64,000 bases of DNA from NCBI GenBank assembly GCA_045531055.1, contig JAZSDG010000031.1, positions 11,282 through 75,281 on the forward strand, in the 5' to 3' direction. Positions 20,524 through 30,668 of the stretch are shown in pieces; within the stretch, counting starts at the first letter, position 1, and each line of letters begins with the position of its first letter. The notes beneath the pieces were generated by a model. The model ran no database searches, was not told the DNA's origin, and saw only the letters and a program-made list of their open reading frames with translations. Source of the DNA: Lachnospiraceae bacterium. GTDB taxonomy: Bacteria; Bacillota; Clostridia; Lachnospirales; Lachnospiraceae. A program made the position numbers and the translations under genes.

Positions 20524-22761
20524 TTATATTTTTTTCAATTTAGCAAAAGATGCAAACATTTTCTTTGTTCCGACTTTATCAAAATCGACCGTCACCTCGT
20601 AGTCTCTTCCGCCTTCTATAACCGCCATTACCTCGCCATCACCAAACTTCATATGGCGCACACGGTCCCCCACCTGATAATCCAACGTTGTCTTTGCCGT
20701 ATTGCTAGTCGCAAAGGAACGCTGATTGGAAACCGGTGTATATGTCGTCGGAGCCTTCCGAAACGCCTGTTTTGCCTTCCGGAAAGTATTTGTTGCAGAA
20801 ACCGGCTCATCCGAACTTTTCGACTCGTATATCTCACCTTTTAATAATTTTTGAGGAATCTCTTTTACAAAACGCGAAACTTTTCCATACTGCGTCTCAC
20901 CACGCACCATACGCATACGTGCAGATGTAAGTGTCAACCGTTCCTTCGCCCTTGTCATTCCCACATATGCCAATCGCCGTTCTTCTTCTATTTCATTTGT
21001 ACTGTCATCGCTGGTTATCGACATATAACTTGGAAAAAGGCCATCTTCCATTCCGGTTAGATAAACATTTGGAAATTCCAAGCCTTTCGCACTATGTAAA
21101 GTCATAAGTACCACATAGTCGCTCTCGCTATCCAAACTATCTATATCCGCAACAAGTGCGACTTCTTCCAAAAATCCATTTAAGGTCGGATTCTCTTCAC
21201 TCTCCTCATATGCAGCAGCCTTACTGATTAACTCGTCAATATTTTCGATACGTGCTTCTGCTTCATCGGTTCCCTCTGCTTCTAATTCACGCACATACCC
21301 GGTTACATCAATAATCTCCTTTAATAATTCCGTTACCGAAAGGACCTCTGCTTTAGCTCTCATGGATTGTATAAACAACACAAACGGGCGAATTTTACTT
21401 TCTGCTTTTCCGATTCCCGGAATATCTTGTGCGCAGCAAAGCGCCGAATAAAAATCCATGCCTTTGTCTTGGGCAAATGCCACCACACGATTTAAAGTAG
21501 TTGCACCAATTCCACGTTTTGGCACATTAATGATACGGCGTACTGCCAAATCATCCCGCCCATTATCAATGGTCTTTAAATAACAAAGCAAATCCTTCAC
21601 TTCTTTTCTGGAATAGAAATTTACCCCACCCACAATCTTATATGGAATATTGGAAACCAAAAAACGTTCCTCTAGCAAACGGGACTGTGCATTGGTTCGA
21701 TACAAAATCGCACAATCTTTATACTGATATTCGCCACGACGAACCATGCCGGCAATATCTCTAGCCACATAATCTGCCTCTTCATAAGCACTATCCACCT
21801 GTTGGAACACAATGCGCTCTCCTTCATCATTTTGAGTCCAAAGGCGTTTATCTTTTCGTCCGATATTATTTGCAATCACGCTATTGGCAGCGTTTAAAAT
21901 ATTCTGTGTAGAACGATAATTTTGTTCTAGCTTAATCACGGTAGCATCACAAAAGTGCTTCTCAAAATTTAAAATATTATAGATGTTCGCACCACGAAAT
22001 TTGTAAATAGACTGGTCGTCATCACCAACTACGCAAAGATTCTTATATTTCATAGCAAGCAAACGAATCAATTCAAACTGTGAAGTATTGGTATCCTGAT
22101 ACTCGTCAACCATGATATACCGAAAGCGTTCCTGATATGCACTTAGTACCTCTTTGTCAAGTTTAAAAAGTTCTACCGTCTTAAAAATCAAATCGTCAAA
22201 ATCCAATGCATTGTTCTGCTTGAGTGCCCGTTGGTACTCGCGATATACCTCGGCCTGACGTCTTTTGTTATAATCACCGACTGCGCGCGTCTCAAACTCA
22301 ATTGGGTCAATCAATTCATCCTTTGCGGAGGAAATCACATTTAAAAACATCTTCTCTTTGTGAATTTTCGTGTCGATTTCCAATCGCTTACAGATATCCT
22401 TCATAAGTGTCTTCTGATCATCGGAATCGTAAATCGTAAAATTTGTATCATAACCAAGTCGATCGATATACCGTCTTAGAATGCGTACACAGGTGGAGTG
22501 AAATGTAGAAACCCAAATACTCTCAGAACCGTATCCTACGAGATTATCAATTCGTTCGCGCATCTCACTTGCTGCCTTATTCGTAAATGTGATTGCCATA
22601 ATGTGATAAGGGTTCACACCCATTTCTTCTATTAAATATGCTATTCTATGGGTCAATACTCTGGTCTTACCGGAGCCCGCCCCTGCAAGTAATAGCAACG
22701 GTCCGTCTGTATGTAACACTGCTTGTTTCTGTTGTTCGTTCAATGTATTGTAAATACTCAT
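20524..22761 (-). CDS. pcrA: ATP-dependent DNA helicase PcrA
   Basis: AGAGSGKT, DEYQD, GDDDQSIY, EEERRLAYV, C-terminal Tudor-like domain. Confidence 0.95.
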   Translation of the reverse strand: MSIYNTLNEQQKQAVLHTDGPLLLLAGAGSGKTRVLTHRIAYLIEEMGVNPYHIMAITFTNKAASEMRERIDNLVGYGSESIWVSTFHSTCVRILRRYIDRLGYDTNFTIYDSDDQKTLMKDICKRLEIDTKIHKEKMFLNVISSAKDELIDPIEFETRAVGDYNKRRQAEVYREYQRALKQNNALDFDDLIFKTVELFKLDKEVLSAYQERFRYIMVDEYQDTNTSQFELIRLLAMKYKNLCVVGDDDQSIYKFRGANIYNILNFEKHFCDATVIKLEQNYRSTQNILNAANSVIANNIGRKDKRLWTQNDEGERIVFQQVDSAYEEADYVARDIAGMVRRGEYQYKDCAILYRTNAQSRLLEERFLVSNIPYKIVGGVNFYSRKEVKDLLCYLKTIDNGRDDLAVRRIINVPKRGIGATTLNRVVAFAQDKGMDFYSALCCAQDIPGIGKAESKIRPFVLFIQSMRAKAEVLSVTELLKEIIDVTGYVRELEAEGTDEAEARIENIDELISKAAAYEESEENPTLNGFLEEVALVADIDSLDSESDYVVLMTLHSAKGLEFPNVYLTGMEDGLFPSYMSITSDDSTNEIEEERRLAYVGMTRAKERLTLTSARMRMVRGETQYGKVSRFVKEIPQKLLKGEIYESKSSDEPVSATNTFRKAKQAFRKAPTTYTPVSNQRSFATSNTAKTTLDYQVGDRVRHMKFGDGEVMAVIEGGRDYEVTVDFDKVGTKKMFASFAKLKKI

Positions 22762-22893
22762 GTCTCCTCCAAAGTAACTATTTTCCTTATAGCATTATAG
22801 CATAACGCGTAATGTTTCGAAACGCTTTTGTTACAACAAAAAAATCTTGTCTTATGGTTTTTAATACTATATAATGTGACATGAGGTGAAAAA

Positions 22894-23502
22894 ATGAAAG
22901 ATAATGTAAAAGATTTTTTAAAAGATTTTGATGAAACACTCAAATCCATCGATTATGTAAAACCGGAAGAAATTCCGAATATCGATTTATATATGGACCA
23001 GATTACCACTTTCATGGACGAACAATTTGCTGCTTGCAAGCGTCGTGAAGAAGATAAAATTCTAACCAAAACAATGATTAATAATTATGCCAAGAATAAT
23101 CTTTTGCCTCCGCCGGAGAAAAAGAAATACTCCAAAGAGCATGTTTTGACGATGATTTTTATCTATTATTACAAGAATATCTTAAGCATTAATGACATTC
23201 AATCCATTTTAAATCCACTAACCGAGAAATACTTCGGCAACAAAGACGGACTTAATATGGAAGCAATTTATAAAGAAGTATTCACTTTAGAAAGAGCAGA
23301 AGCTCAACAGCTTCTTAAGAATCTAGGCAAAAAATATATGCTCGCACACGATACATTTACCGATGTTCCCGAAGAAGAACGCAAATTTTTGCAGACGTTT
23401 TGTTTTATTTGTTTGCTAAGTTTTGATGTATATCTCAAAAAAATGATGATTGAAAAAGTCATTGATGAATTGAATGAAGAAAAAGAGACGCAGTCCGAAT
23501 AG
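22894..23502 (+). CDS. DUF1836-family protein
   Basis: IPNIDLYMDQ, LTKTMINNYAK. Confidence 0.8.
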   Translation: MKDNVKDFLKDFDETLKSIDYVKPEEIPNIDLYMDQITTFMDEQFAACKRREEDKILTKTMINNYAKNNLLPPPEKKKYSKEHVLTMIFIYYYKNILSINDIQSILNPLTEKYFGNKDGLNMEAIYKEVFTLERAEAQQLLKNLGKKYMLAHDTFTDVPEEERKFLQTFCFICLLSFDVYLKKMMIEKVIDELNEEKETQSE

Positions 23503-23516
23503 TGACTGCGTCTTTT
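23483..23516. terminator. Bidirectional terminator
   Basis: AGACGCAGTC...GACTGCGTCT-TTT spanning the stop codon. Confidence 0.7.
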
Positions 23517-23521
23517 GTATA

Positions 23522-23824
23522 TTATTCAGTTGATTCCTTGTCTGCCATACGGGAAAATACCATATCATATCCGTCGTTCCCATAATTCAATGAACGGTTC
23601 ACACGACTAATCGTTGCTGTCGACGCCCCGGTCTTGTCTGCAATATCCAAATATGTTTTCTGTTCACGTAGCATTTGAGCTACTTCAAATCGCTGTGAAA
23701 GTGATAATAATTCATTCACCGTGCATACATCCTCGAAAAATGTATAACATTCTTCCCTGTTCTGAAGGCATAAAATTGCGTCAAATAAATGGTCCACTGC
23801 CTCCGTTTTGAGTTTCTTGTTCAT
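23522..23824 (-). CDS. YerC/YecD TrpR-like repressor (HisR-type)
   Basis: FFEDVCT..EL, TGASTATISRVNR. Confidence 0.9.
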   Translation of the reverse strand: MNKKLKTEAVDHLFDAILCLQNREECYTFFEDVCTVNELLSLSQRFEVAQMLREQKTYLDIADKTGASTATISRVNRSLNYGNDGYDMVFSRMADKESTE

Positions 23825-23861
23825 GGTATTACTCCTTTTTTGCTAAGAATTTGAACAACAT

Positions 23862-23891
23862 CATTTTAGCATATTAAAGTTGTAAAGTAAA
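23862..23891 (-). promoter_or_regulatory. yerC promoter overlapped by a HisR-like palindrome
   Basis: CATTTTA-N6-TAAAGTT (23862-23881) plus extra TAAAGT half-site; TTTACT-17-TAAAAT promoter. Confidence 0.55.
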
Positions 23892-23967
23892 CAGATTCCT
23901 TGCAATTAAATTGTAGTATGCTATAATTCTTATATATTATTTTCAGAAAGAACAGGTACAAAATAGA

Positions 23968-24828
23968 ATGAAAAAAGTTGGATATTTCTTTTTCGCTTTT
24001 ATCCCATTTCTTTTGTCACTCGGAATTCAATTCCTTGCCATATTTTTTTTGATGGGAATATTTGTTTTGTTTTCGCCTGCAGTTACACCGCATGGCGATG
24101 ACCCACTAGACACAATGTTTCTCCTACTGTCCGATATGGACTTTAATACACTGATTATGGTTATATTCTCTATGACCTGCATCTGTGTATTCGCATTGTG
24201 GTATTACCATTGCTACAATGGTGATTTTCTTCCAAACCCGGCAAGAACATTCGACCCATTACAAGTGCTTGCAATCATTGTATTTGTTCCGGGTACACAG
24301 TTTGCAACTTCTTTTTTAATCAGCATTATATCTGTTATCTTTCCAAGTAGTTGGGAAGCGTATCAACAGTTGTTTGAATCCGCCGGTATGTCAACAGATA
24401 TTTCTGCGCTTATGTTGTTTTATTCTGTAATTTTAGCACCGATTGGCGAAGAACTCATTTTCCGAGGTGTCACCATGCGAGCATTCCGCAAAGCCGTTCC
24501 ATTTTGGCTTGCGAATCTATTACAAGCATTTTTATTCGGTGTTTTCCACATGAATTTTATTCAAGGTGTATATGCTTTTGCACTTGGAATTTTACTTGGA
24601 TTTATTTGTGAAAAGAGCGGCAGTATTTATTACGCGATGTTTTTCCATTTCCTATTTAACTTATGGGGCTCGGTTATTTCCGAATTTCTTGTCATCGACA
24701 ACGAATACCTGTTTTTTGCAATTATGCTCATTACCATCGCAGTATCGTTCACCGGAGGAATCTTACTCTTTTACTTCGGTGGAGTGATGAAGAAGAAACG
24801 AAATGCGAAAGCAAATGTTTTCCTATAA
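23968..24828 (+). CDS. CPBP (CAAX/Abi) intramembrane metalloprotease
   Basis: EELIFRG, FGVFH, HFLFN. Confidence 0.88.
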   Translation: MKKVGYFFFAFIPFLLSLGIQFLAIFFLMGIFVLFSPAVTPHGDDPLDTMFLLLSDMDFNTLIMVIFSMTCICVFALWYYHCYNGDFLPNPARTFDPLQVLAIIVFVPGTQFATSFLISIISVIFPSSWEAYQQLFESAGMSTDISALMLFYSVILAPIGEELIFRGVTMRAFRKAVPFWLANLLQAFLFGVFHMNFIQGVYAFALGILLGFICEKSGSIYYAMFFHFLFNLWGSVISEFLVIDNEYLFFAIMLITIAVSFTGGILLFYFGGVMKKKRNAKANVFL

Positions 24829-24834
24829 TAAATC

Positions 24835-24871
24835 AAAATGGCTGCCAGGATTTTTCCTGACAGCCATTTTG
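24835..24871. terminator. Bidirectional terminator
   Basis: AAAATGGCTG.CAGG / CCTG.CAGCCATTTT. Confidence 0.75.
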
Positions 24872-24899
24872 TATTGCATCCAACATTATTCTCAATCAA

Positions 24900-25370
24900 T
24901 TAGTGTAAGAAAATATTAACGCCCAACATACTTATGATTAGCATAATAATTCCTGCCAGTAAAACACCGAGCATTGCGGCTACAATCGTTGATTTAAAAT
25001 CCATATCTAATACGCTTGCTGCCAATGTTCCTGTCCATGCGCCGGTTCCCGGCAACGGAATCCCTACAAAAAGAAGTAGTGCAAGAAAAAGACCTCTTCC
25101 GGCTTTCTCCTGAAGTTTCTTTCCACCTTTTTCCCCTTTCTGCAAACACCAAGTAAAGAACTTCCCGATTACCGGTTTATCACTTCCCCATATCAAAACT
25201 TTTCTTGCAAACAGATAGATAATTGGTACCGGGAGCATATTTCCAATAATACACACAATGAATGATGGTACCAACGGTAATCCAAAAATTGCAGAATATG
25301 GTATCGCTCCACGAAGCTCTAACAATGGCACCATAGAAATAAGAAAAATAATCAAATAATGCTTTAACAT
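24900..25370 (-). CDS. Small multidrug export-family membrane protein
   Basis: MVPLLELRGAIP, FVGIPLPGTGAWTG. Confidence 0.83.
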   Translation of the reverse strand: MLKHYLIIFLISMVPLLELRGAIPYSAIFGLPLVPSFIVCIIGNMLPVPIIYLFARKVLIWGSDKPVIGKFFTWCLQKGEKGGKKLQEKAGRGLFLALLLFVGIPLPGTGAWTGTLAASVLDMDFKSTIVAAMLGVLLAGIIMLIISMLGVNIFLH

Positions 25371-25382
25371 ACAAAATCCTTT

Positions 25383-26441
<1,059 letters not shown>

Positions 26442-26561
26442 GGTTTTTCCTCCAGTATCTTGTAACATCATTCTCAACTTTACAACATTTTATAAAGAAA
26501 GTAAAGAAATTATGTTGGAATTGTGCTATGATGTTGTATGCATTTGAAAGGAGTACTTATT

Positions 26562-27911
26562 ATGGCACAAAATTCAACGAAAGACATGACCGTCGGTTCC
26601 CCAATGAAACTAATTTTTCAATTTGTGATTCCACTTTTGTTTGGAATGCTGTTTCAACAATTTTATAATCTGGTAGATACTATCATTGTTGGTCGCGCAT
26701 TAGGTGTATTGCCGCTATCTGCAGTCGGAGCCACCGGAAGTATCAACTTTATGATTGTTGGTCTATGCATTGGAATCTGTAGCGGTTTTGCGCTTCCGGT
26801 AGCGCAACGTTTTGGTGCTAAGGATTACAAAGGACTTCGAAAATATGTCGGTAACTCCGCAGTTCTTTCTGTTATTATTGCATTTATACTGACATTTATC
26901 ACAGTGGTGCTTTGCCGCAATATTCTTATTTTTATGAAAACTCCAAAGGATATTATTGATTTGTCTTATGAATATATTGTGGTTATCTTTGCGGGTATAC
27001 CGGCGATTATTCTTTATAATCTGCTCTCCGGCTATTTGCGATCTCTTGGGGATTCCGTGACACCACTTATCTTTCTGATTATTTCCGCCTTCTTAAATAT
27101 CGGGCTGGATTTGCTTTTCATACTTGTATTTCATATGGGTGTATTCGGTGCAGCATTAGCCACTGTTTTCGCGCAAGGAATTTCTGGGATTTTATGCTTT
27201 TTCTATATCCGAAAAAAATTCGAAATCCTACATTTAAAACGCTCAGATTTAGAACTTGACGCCGCCTACGTTCGAGTCCTTTTATGTACCGGGCTTCCAA
27301 TGGGATTTCAGTATTCCATTACTGCAATTGGAAGTGTCATTGTACAGACTGCCGTAAATACGCTTGGTTCCCTCGCAGTTGCATCTATGACTGCCGCAAC
27401 CAAAATTTCCATGTTTGTCATGTGTCCGTTTGAAGCACTTGGATCTACGATGGCAACTTACGGAGGACAAAATGTTGGTGCTGGAAAAATTAATCGTCTT
27501 GGAAAAGGGCTTGGTGCTGCAACCATTCTTGGTTTTTTATATTCGGCTTTGATATTGGTTGTTATGTTCTTCCTGAGTAAGCCTCTTATTCATCTGTTTG
27601 TCGATGCATCAGAGACTACTGTTGTTTCACAAGCACAACAATTTCTACTGATCAATGTTGCGTTCTATTTCGCACTTGCACTTGTAAATATTGTTCGTTT
27701 TCTCATTCAGGGAATGGGATTTTCCGGCGTCGCAGTCTTTGCCGGTGTATTTGAAATGATTGCACGAGGACTCGTCGGGCTTCTTCTGATTCCATATATC
27801 GGCTTTGCGGCAGCATGCTATGCAAGTCCTGCCGCATGGATTTGTGCCGATCTTTTCTTAATTCCGGCTTTCTTCATGATAAGAAATCGACTACTTCAAA
27901 AACAGCATTAG
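26562..27911 (+). CDS. MATE-family efflux transporter
   Basis: QQFYNLVDTIIVG, RSLGDS.TPL, GQNVGAG. Confidence 0.92.
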   Translation: MAQNSTKDMTVGSPMKLIFQFVIPLLFGMLFQQFYNLVDTIIVGRALGVLPLSAVGATGSINFMIVGLCIGICSGFALPVAQRFGAKDYKGLRKYVGNSAVLSVIIAFILTFITVVLCRNILIFMKTPKDIIDLSYEYIVVIFAGIPAIILYNLLSGYLRSLGDSVTPLIFLIISAFLNIGLDLLFILVFHMGVFGAALATVFAQGISGILCFFYIRKKFEILHLKRSDLELDAAYVRVLLCTGLPMGFQYSITAIGSVIVQTAVNTLGSLAVASMTAATKISMFVMCPFEALGSTMATYGGQNVGAGKINRLGKGLGAATILGFLYSALILVVMFFLSKPLIHLFVDASETTVVSQAQQFLLINVAFYFALALVNIVRFLIQGMGFSGVAVFAGVFEMIARGLVGLLLIPYIGFAAACYASPAAWICADLFLIPAFFMIRNRLLQKQH

Positions 27912-28270
27912 TCTTCTTCAATATGTTCGCGTCCTTGTGCAATAATGGCGCGAACATGGCTATCTGCCAACGAATAGAAAATCGATTTGCCCTCTCGACG
28001 ACTTTTTACTAATTTATTTTGTTTTAAAATGCGAAGCTGATGTGATATTGCCGACTGCGTCATGTTCAGCGCTTTTGCCAGGTCACACACACATACTTCC
28101 ACTTCAAATAGCACAAACAAGATTCGAATTCTAGTGGAGTCTCCAAACACCTTGAATAATTCTGCCAAATCATACAACTCCGTCTCTTCCGGCATGGTTT
28201 CCTTTACTATCTTCAGTAATTCCTCATGTACCTCAACGGTTTCACAACAATCCAATGTTTTCTCTTCCAT
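27908..28270 (-). CDS. ArsR/SmtB (CadC/ZiaR-like) metal-sensing repressor
   Basis: CCE..VH, EVCVCDLA, QSAISHQL, DSH...EH alpha5 site. Confidence 0.92.
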   Translation of the reverse strand: MEEKTLDCCETVEVHEELLKIVKETMPEETELYDLAELFKVFGDSTRIRILFVLFEVEVCVCDLAKALNMTQSAISHQLRILKQNKLVKSRREGKSIFYSLADSHVRAIIAQGREHIEED

Positions 28271-28282
28271 TTTTTTACCTCA

Positions 28283-30148
28283 TTAAAGTTTCTTTACAAA
28301 CAATGCACGGATTGCATTGAGCACAGCAATAACCATAACTCCGACATCCGCAAAAATTGCCAGCCACATGTTCGCAATGCCAAGTGCCCCAAGTACTAAG
28401 CATACTGCCTTAATTCCAAGCGCAAACCAAATATTCTGTTTCACAATACGAATACATTTTCTTGATATTTTAATTGCCTTGGCAATTTTTACCGGATCAT
28501 CATCCATAAGCACCACATCTGCTGCCTCAATTGCAGCGTCGGAACCAAGCGCACCCATTGCAATTCCTATATCTGCTCTTGCCAGCACCGGTGCATCGTT
28601 GATGCCATCGCCAACAAATGCCAGCTTTTCCTTTTTGCCTGCTTGTTTCATTAAGTCTTCGACTTTCGCAACCTTATCTGCCGGAAGCAACTGACTATGC
28701 ACCTCTTTGATTCCAATCTCTAGCGCTACTTGATTTGCAGTTGCTTTTGCATCACCGGTTAGCATCACCGATTTTTTCACGCCGGCTTTTTTTAATTCCT
28801 TAATCGCCTCTTTGGCGTTTGACTTGATCCGGTCGGAAATTAAAATGTGCCCCGCATAAGTACCATCTAAGGCAACATGTACTACGGTTCCCACCTGATG
28901 ACAATCCAGACACTCCACATGTTGCGCGCGCATGAGTTTATCGTTACCAACCGCAACGACAACATCATCCACCTTCGCAACAACACCGTTGCCACTGATT
29001 TCTTCTACATCAGAAACACGATTTCTGTTGATTTCTTTTCCATATGCTTGTTGCAGGCTTTCGCTAATCGGATGCAAAGAATAACTCTCTGCATGCGCCG
29101 CATACTCTAATACCTTTGCTTCTTCTATCTGATGATGATGGATTCCACTTACTTCGAATACCCCTTGCGTCATGGTTCCTGTTTTGTCAAAAACCACATA
29201 TTTGGTCTGTGCGAGCGTCTCTAAATAGTTCGAGCCTTTCACAAGAATGCCCTCTTTTCCTGCGCCTCCTATTCCTGCAAAAAAGCTAAGCGGAACACTA
29301 ATCACAAGTGCGCACGGACAACTGATTACCAAAAACGTGAGAGCTCGATAAATCCAAGTCCCCCATTGTGGCTCGCCTCCCATAAACAGCTGCACAAGCG
29401 ATGGCAAAATTGCAAGTGCCAGCGCACTATAACACACCGCCGGAGTATAATAACGTGCAAACTTGGAAATAAAATTCTCAGAGCGCGATTTCTTTGCGCC
29501 GGAATTCTCTACCAAGTCCAGAATCTTCGATACCGTCGATTCTCCAAATTCCTTGGTCGTGCGTATACGAACCACACCGGTCATGTTGATACATCCACTA
29601 ATCACAGAATCTCCCTCTTTCGCCTCACACGGAAGACTTTCTCCTGTCAGCGCACTGGTATTTAGCGTCGTACTTCCCTCTACGATAACACCATCGATTG
29701 GAATCTTTTCACCGGGTTGCACCAATAAGATGCTGCCGATTGCCACTTCATCCGGATCTACTTTCTCTACCGCACCATCTATCTCAAGATTGGCGTAATC
29801 CGGTCGGATATCCATCAGATCGCTGATATTTCGCCTGCTCTTTCCCACTGCATAGCTTTGGAATAGTTCCCCAATCTGATAAAACAACATAACCGCAACG
29901 CCTTCGACATAATCGCCCAGCGCAATTGCACCGATTGTGGCTATTACCATCAGAAAGTTCTCATCAAAAATCTGTCGGTTTATGATTCCTTTTCCTGCTT
30001 TTTTCAGTATATCATATCCAATCACCAGATACGGAATTAAAAACAGACCAAATCGTAAAATTCCCTTAATCGGTAGCACTGCAAAAAATATCATCAATAC
30101 TGCCGAAAGGATAATGCGCAGCAATACTTTTTTCTGTTTCTTTGTCAT
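28283..30148 (-). CDS. cadA: Zn/Cd/Pb-translocating P1B-type ATPase
   Basis: TGES, SCPCAL, DKTGT, HP, GDGINDAP. Confidence 0.92.
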   Translation of the reverse strand: MTKKQKKVLLRIILSAVLMIFFAVLPIKGILRFGLFLIPYLVIGYDILKKAGKGIINRQIFDENFLMVIATIGAIALGDYVEGVAVMLFYQIGELFQSYAVGKSRRNISDLMDIRPDYANLEIDGAVEKVDPDEVAIGSILLVQPGEKIPIDGVIVEGSTTLNTSALTGESLPCEAKEGDSVISGCINMTGVVRIRTTKEFGESTVSKILDLVENSGAKKSRSENFISKFARYYTPAVCYSALALAILPSLVQLFMGGEPQWGTWIYRALTFLVISCPCALVISVPLSFFAGIGGAGKEGILVKGSNYLETLAQTKYVVFDKTGTMTQGVFEVSGIHHHQIEEAKVLEYAAHAESYSLHPISESLQQAYGKEINRNRVSDVEEISGNGVVAKVDDVVVAVGNDKLMRAQHVECLDCHQVGTVVHVALDGTYAGHILISDRIKSNAKEAIKELKKAGVKKSVMLTGDAKATANQVALEIGIKEVHSQLLPADKVAKVEDLMKQAGKKEKLAFVGDGINDAPVLARADIGIAMGALGSDAAIEAADVVLMDDDPVKIAKAIKISRKCIRIVKQNIWFALGIKAVCLVLGALGIANMWLAIFADVGVMVIAVLNAIRALFVKKL

Positions 30149-30175
30149 AACATTTCACCTGCCATTCTCATAGGC

Positions 30176-30394
30176 TTAAAAATAAATTTCACAATCCGAT
30201 TCTACTTTTCTACAAACCTTTAACACTTCCTGCATGACTGCCTTCGGTTCGTATCCGTCTTCGAATTCTACATTCATTTTCAAGGCTATAAAGTTGACCA
30301 CAGCATCTTTGACTCCATCCACCTGCTTTGTAGCCTCTTCCATCTTGTTGGCACAGTTTGCACAATCTACTTCCATCTTATAACTCTTTTTCAT
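30176..30394 (-). CDS. Stand-alone heavy-metal-associated (HMA) domain protein
   Basis: VDCANCA motif, 72 aa, first gene of operon. Confidence 0.88.
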   Translation of the reverse strand: MKKSYKMEVDCANCANKMEEATKQVDGVKDAVVNFIALKMNVEFEDGYEPKAVMQEVLKVCRKVESDCEIYF

Positions 30395-30423
30395 AATGAT
30401 TCTCCTTTATTCTACGCTTCATC

Positions 30424-30481
30424 ATATGAACATGTATTCATATATTTGATTGTAGTATAACACAAATGGAAAAATCGTCAA
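30424..30481 (-). promoter_or_regulatory. Metal-efflux operon promoter and SmtB/CzrA-type operator
   Basis: ATATGAA-CATGTA-TTCATAT palindrome (30424-30443) downstream of TTGACG-16-TATACT with extended TG. Confidence 0.75.
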
Positions 30482-30501
30482 TATAAAAACCTAATAAAAA
30501 T

Positions 30502-30630
30502 TTAATTCTTATACCGCATTTTCCTATGTTCCAACGCCAGTCCAATCAAACGATCTGCCTGGTCGGCCATAAACAGCGGAATATTTAGTACATCATCATC
30601 CAATTTCAAGTTATCCAAAGAGAATCGCAA
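30502..30630 (-). pseudogene. Orphan 3' gene fragment resembling the C-terminus of AAA+ ATPase/DUF4143 proteins
   Basis: Manual translation LRFSLDNLKLDDDVLNIPLFMADQADRLIGLALEHRKMRYKN*; no RBS or credible start; family is recalled, not searched. Confidence 0.55.
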
Positions 30631-30658
30631 AAAGAAATGGCGTGACCTAAGTCACGCC
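30627..30658 (-). terminator. Intrinsic terminator of L,D-transpeptidase gene
   Basis: GGCGTGAC-TTAG-GTCACGCC then ATTTCTTTTT. Confidence 0.8.
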
Positions 30659-30668
30659 TTCTTATAAG

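Noticed and set aside
26476-26507. Possible HisR box upstream of hisC (ACTTTA...TAAAG)
   Set aside because: Half-site spacing is 10 bp rather than 6, in very AT-rich sequence.
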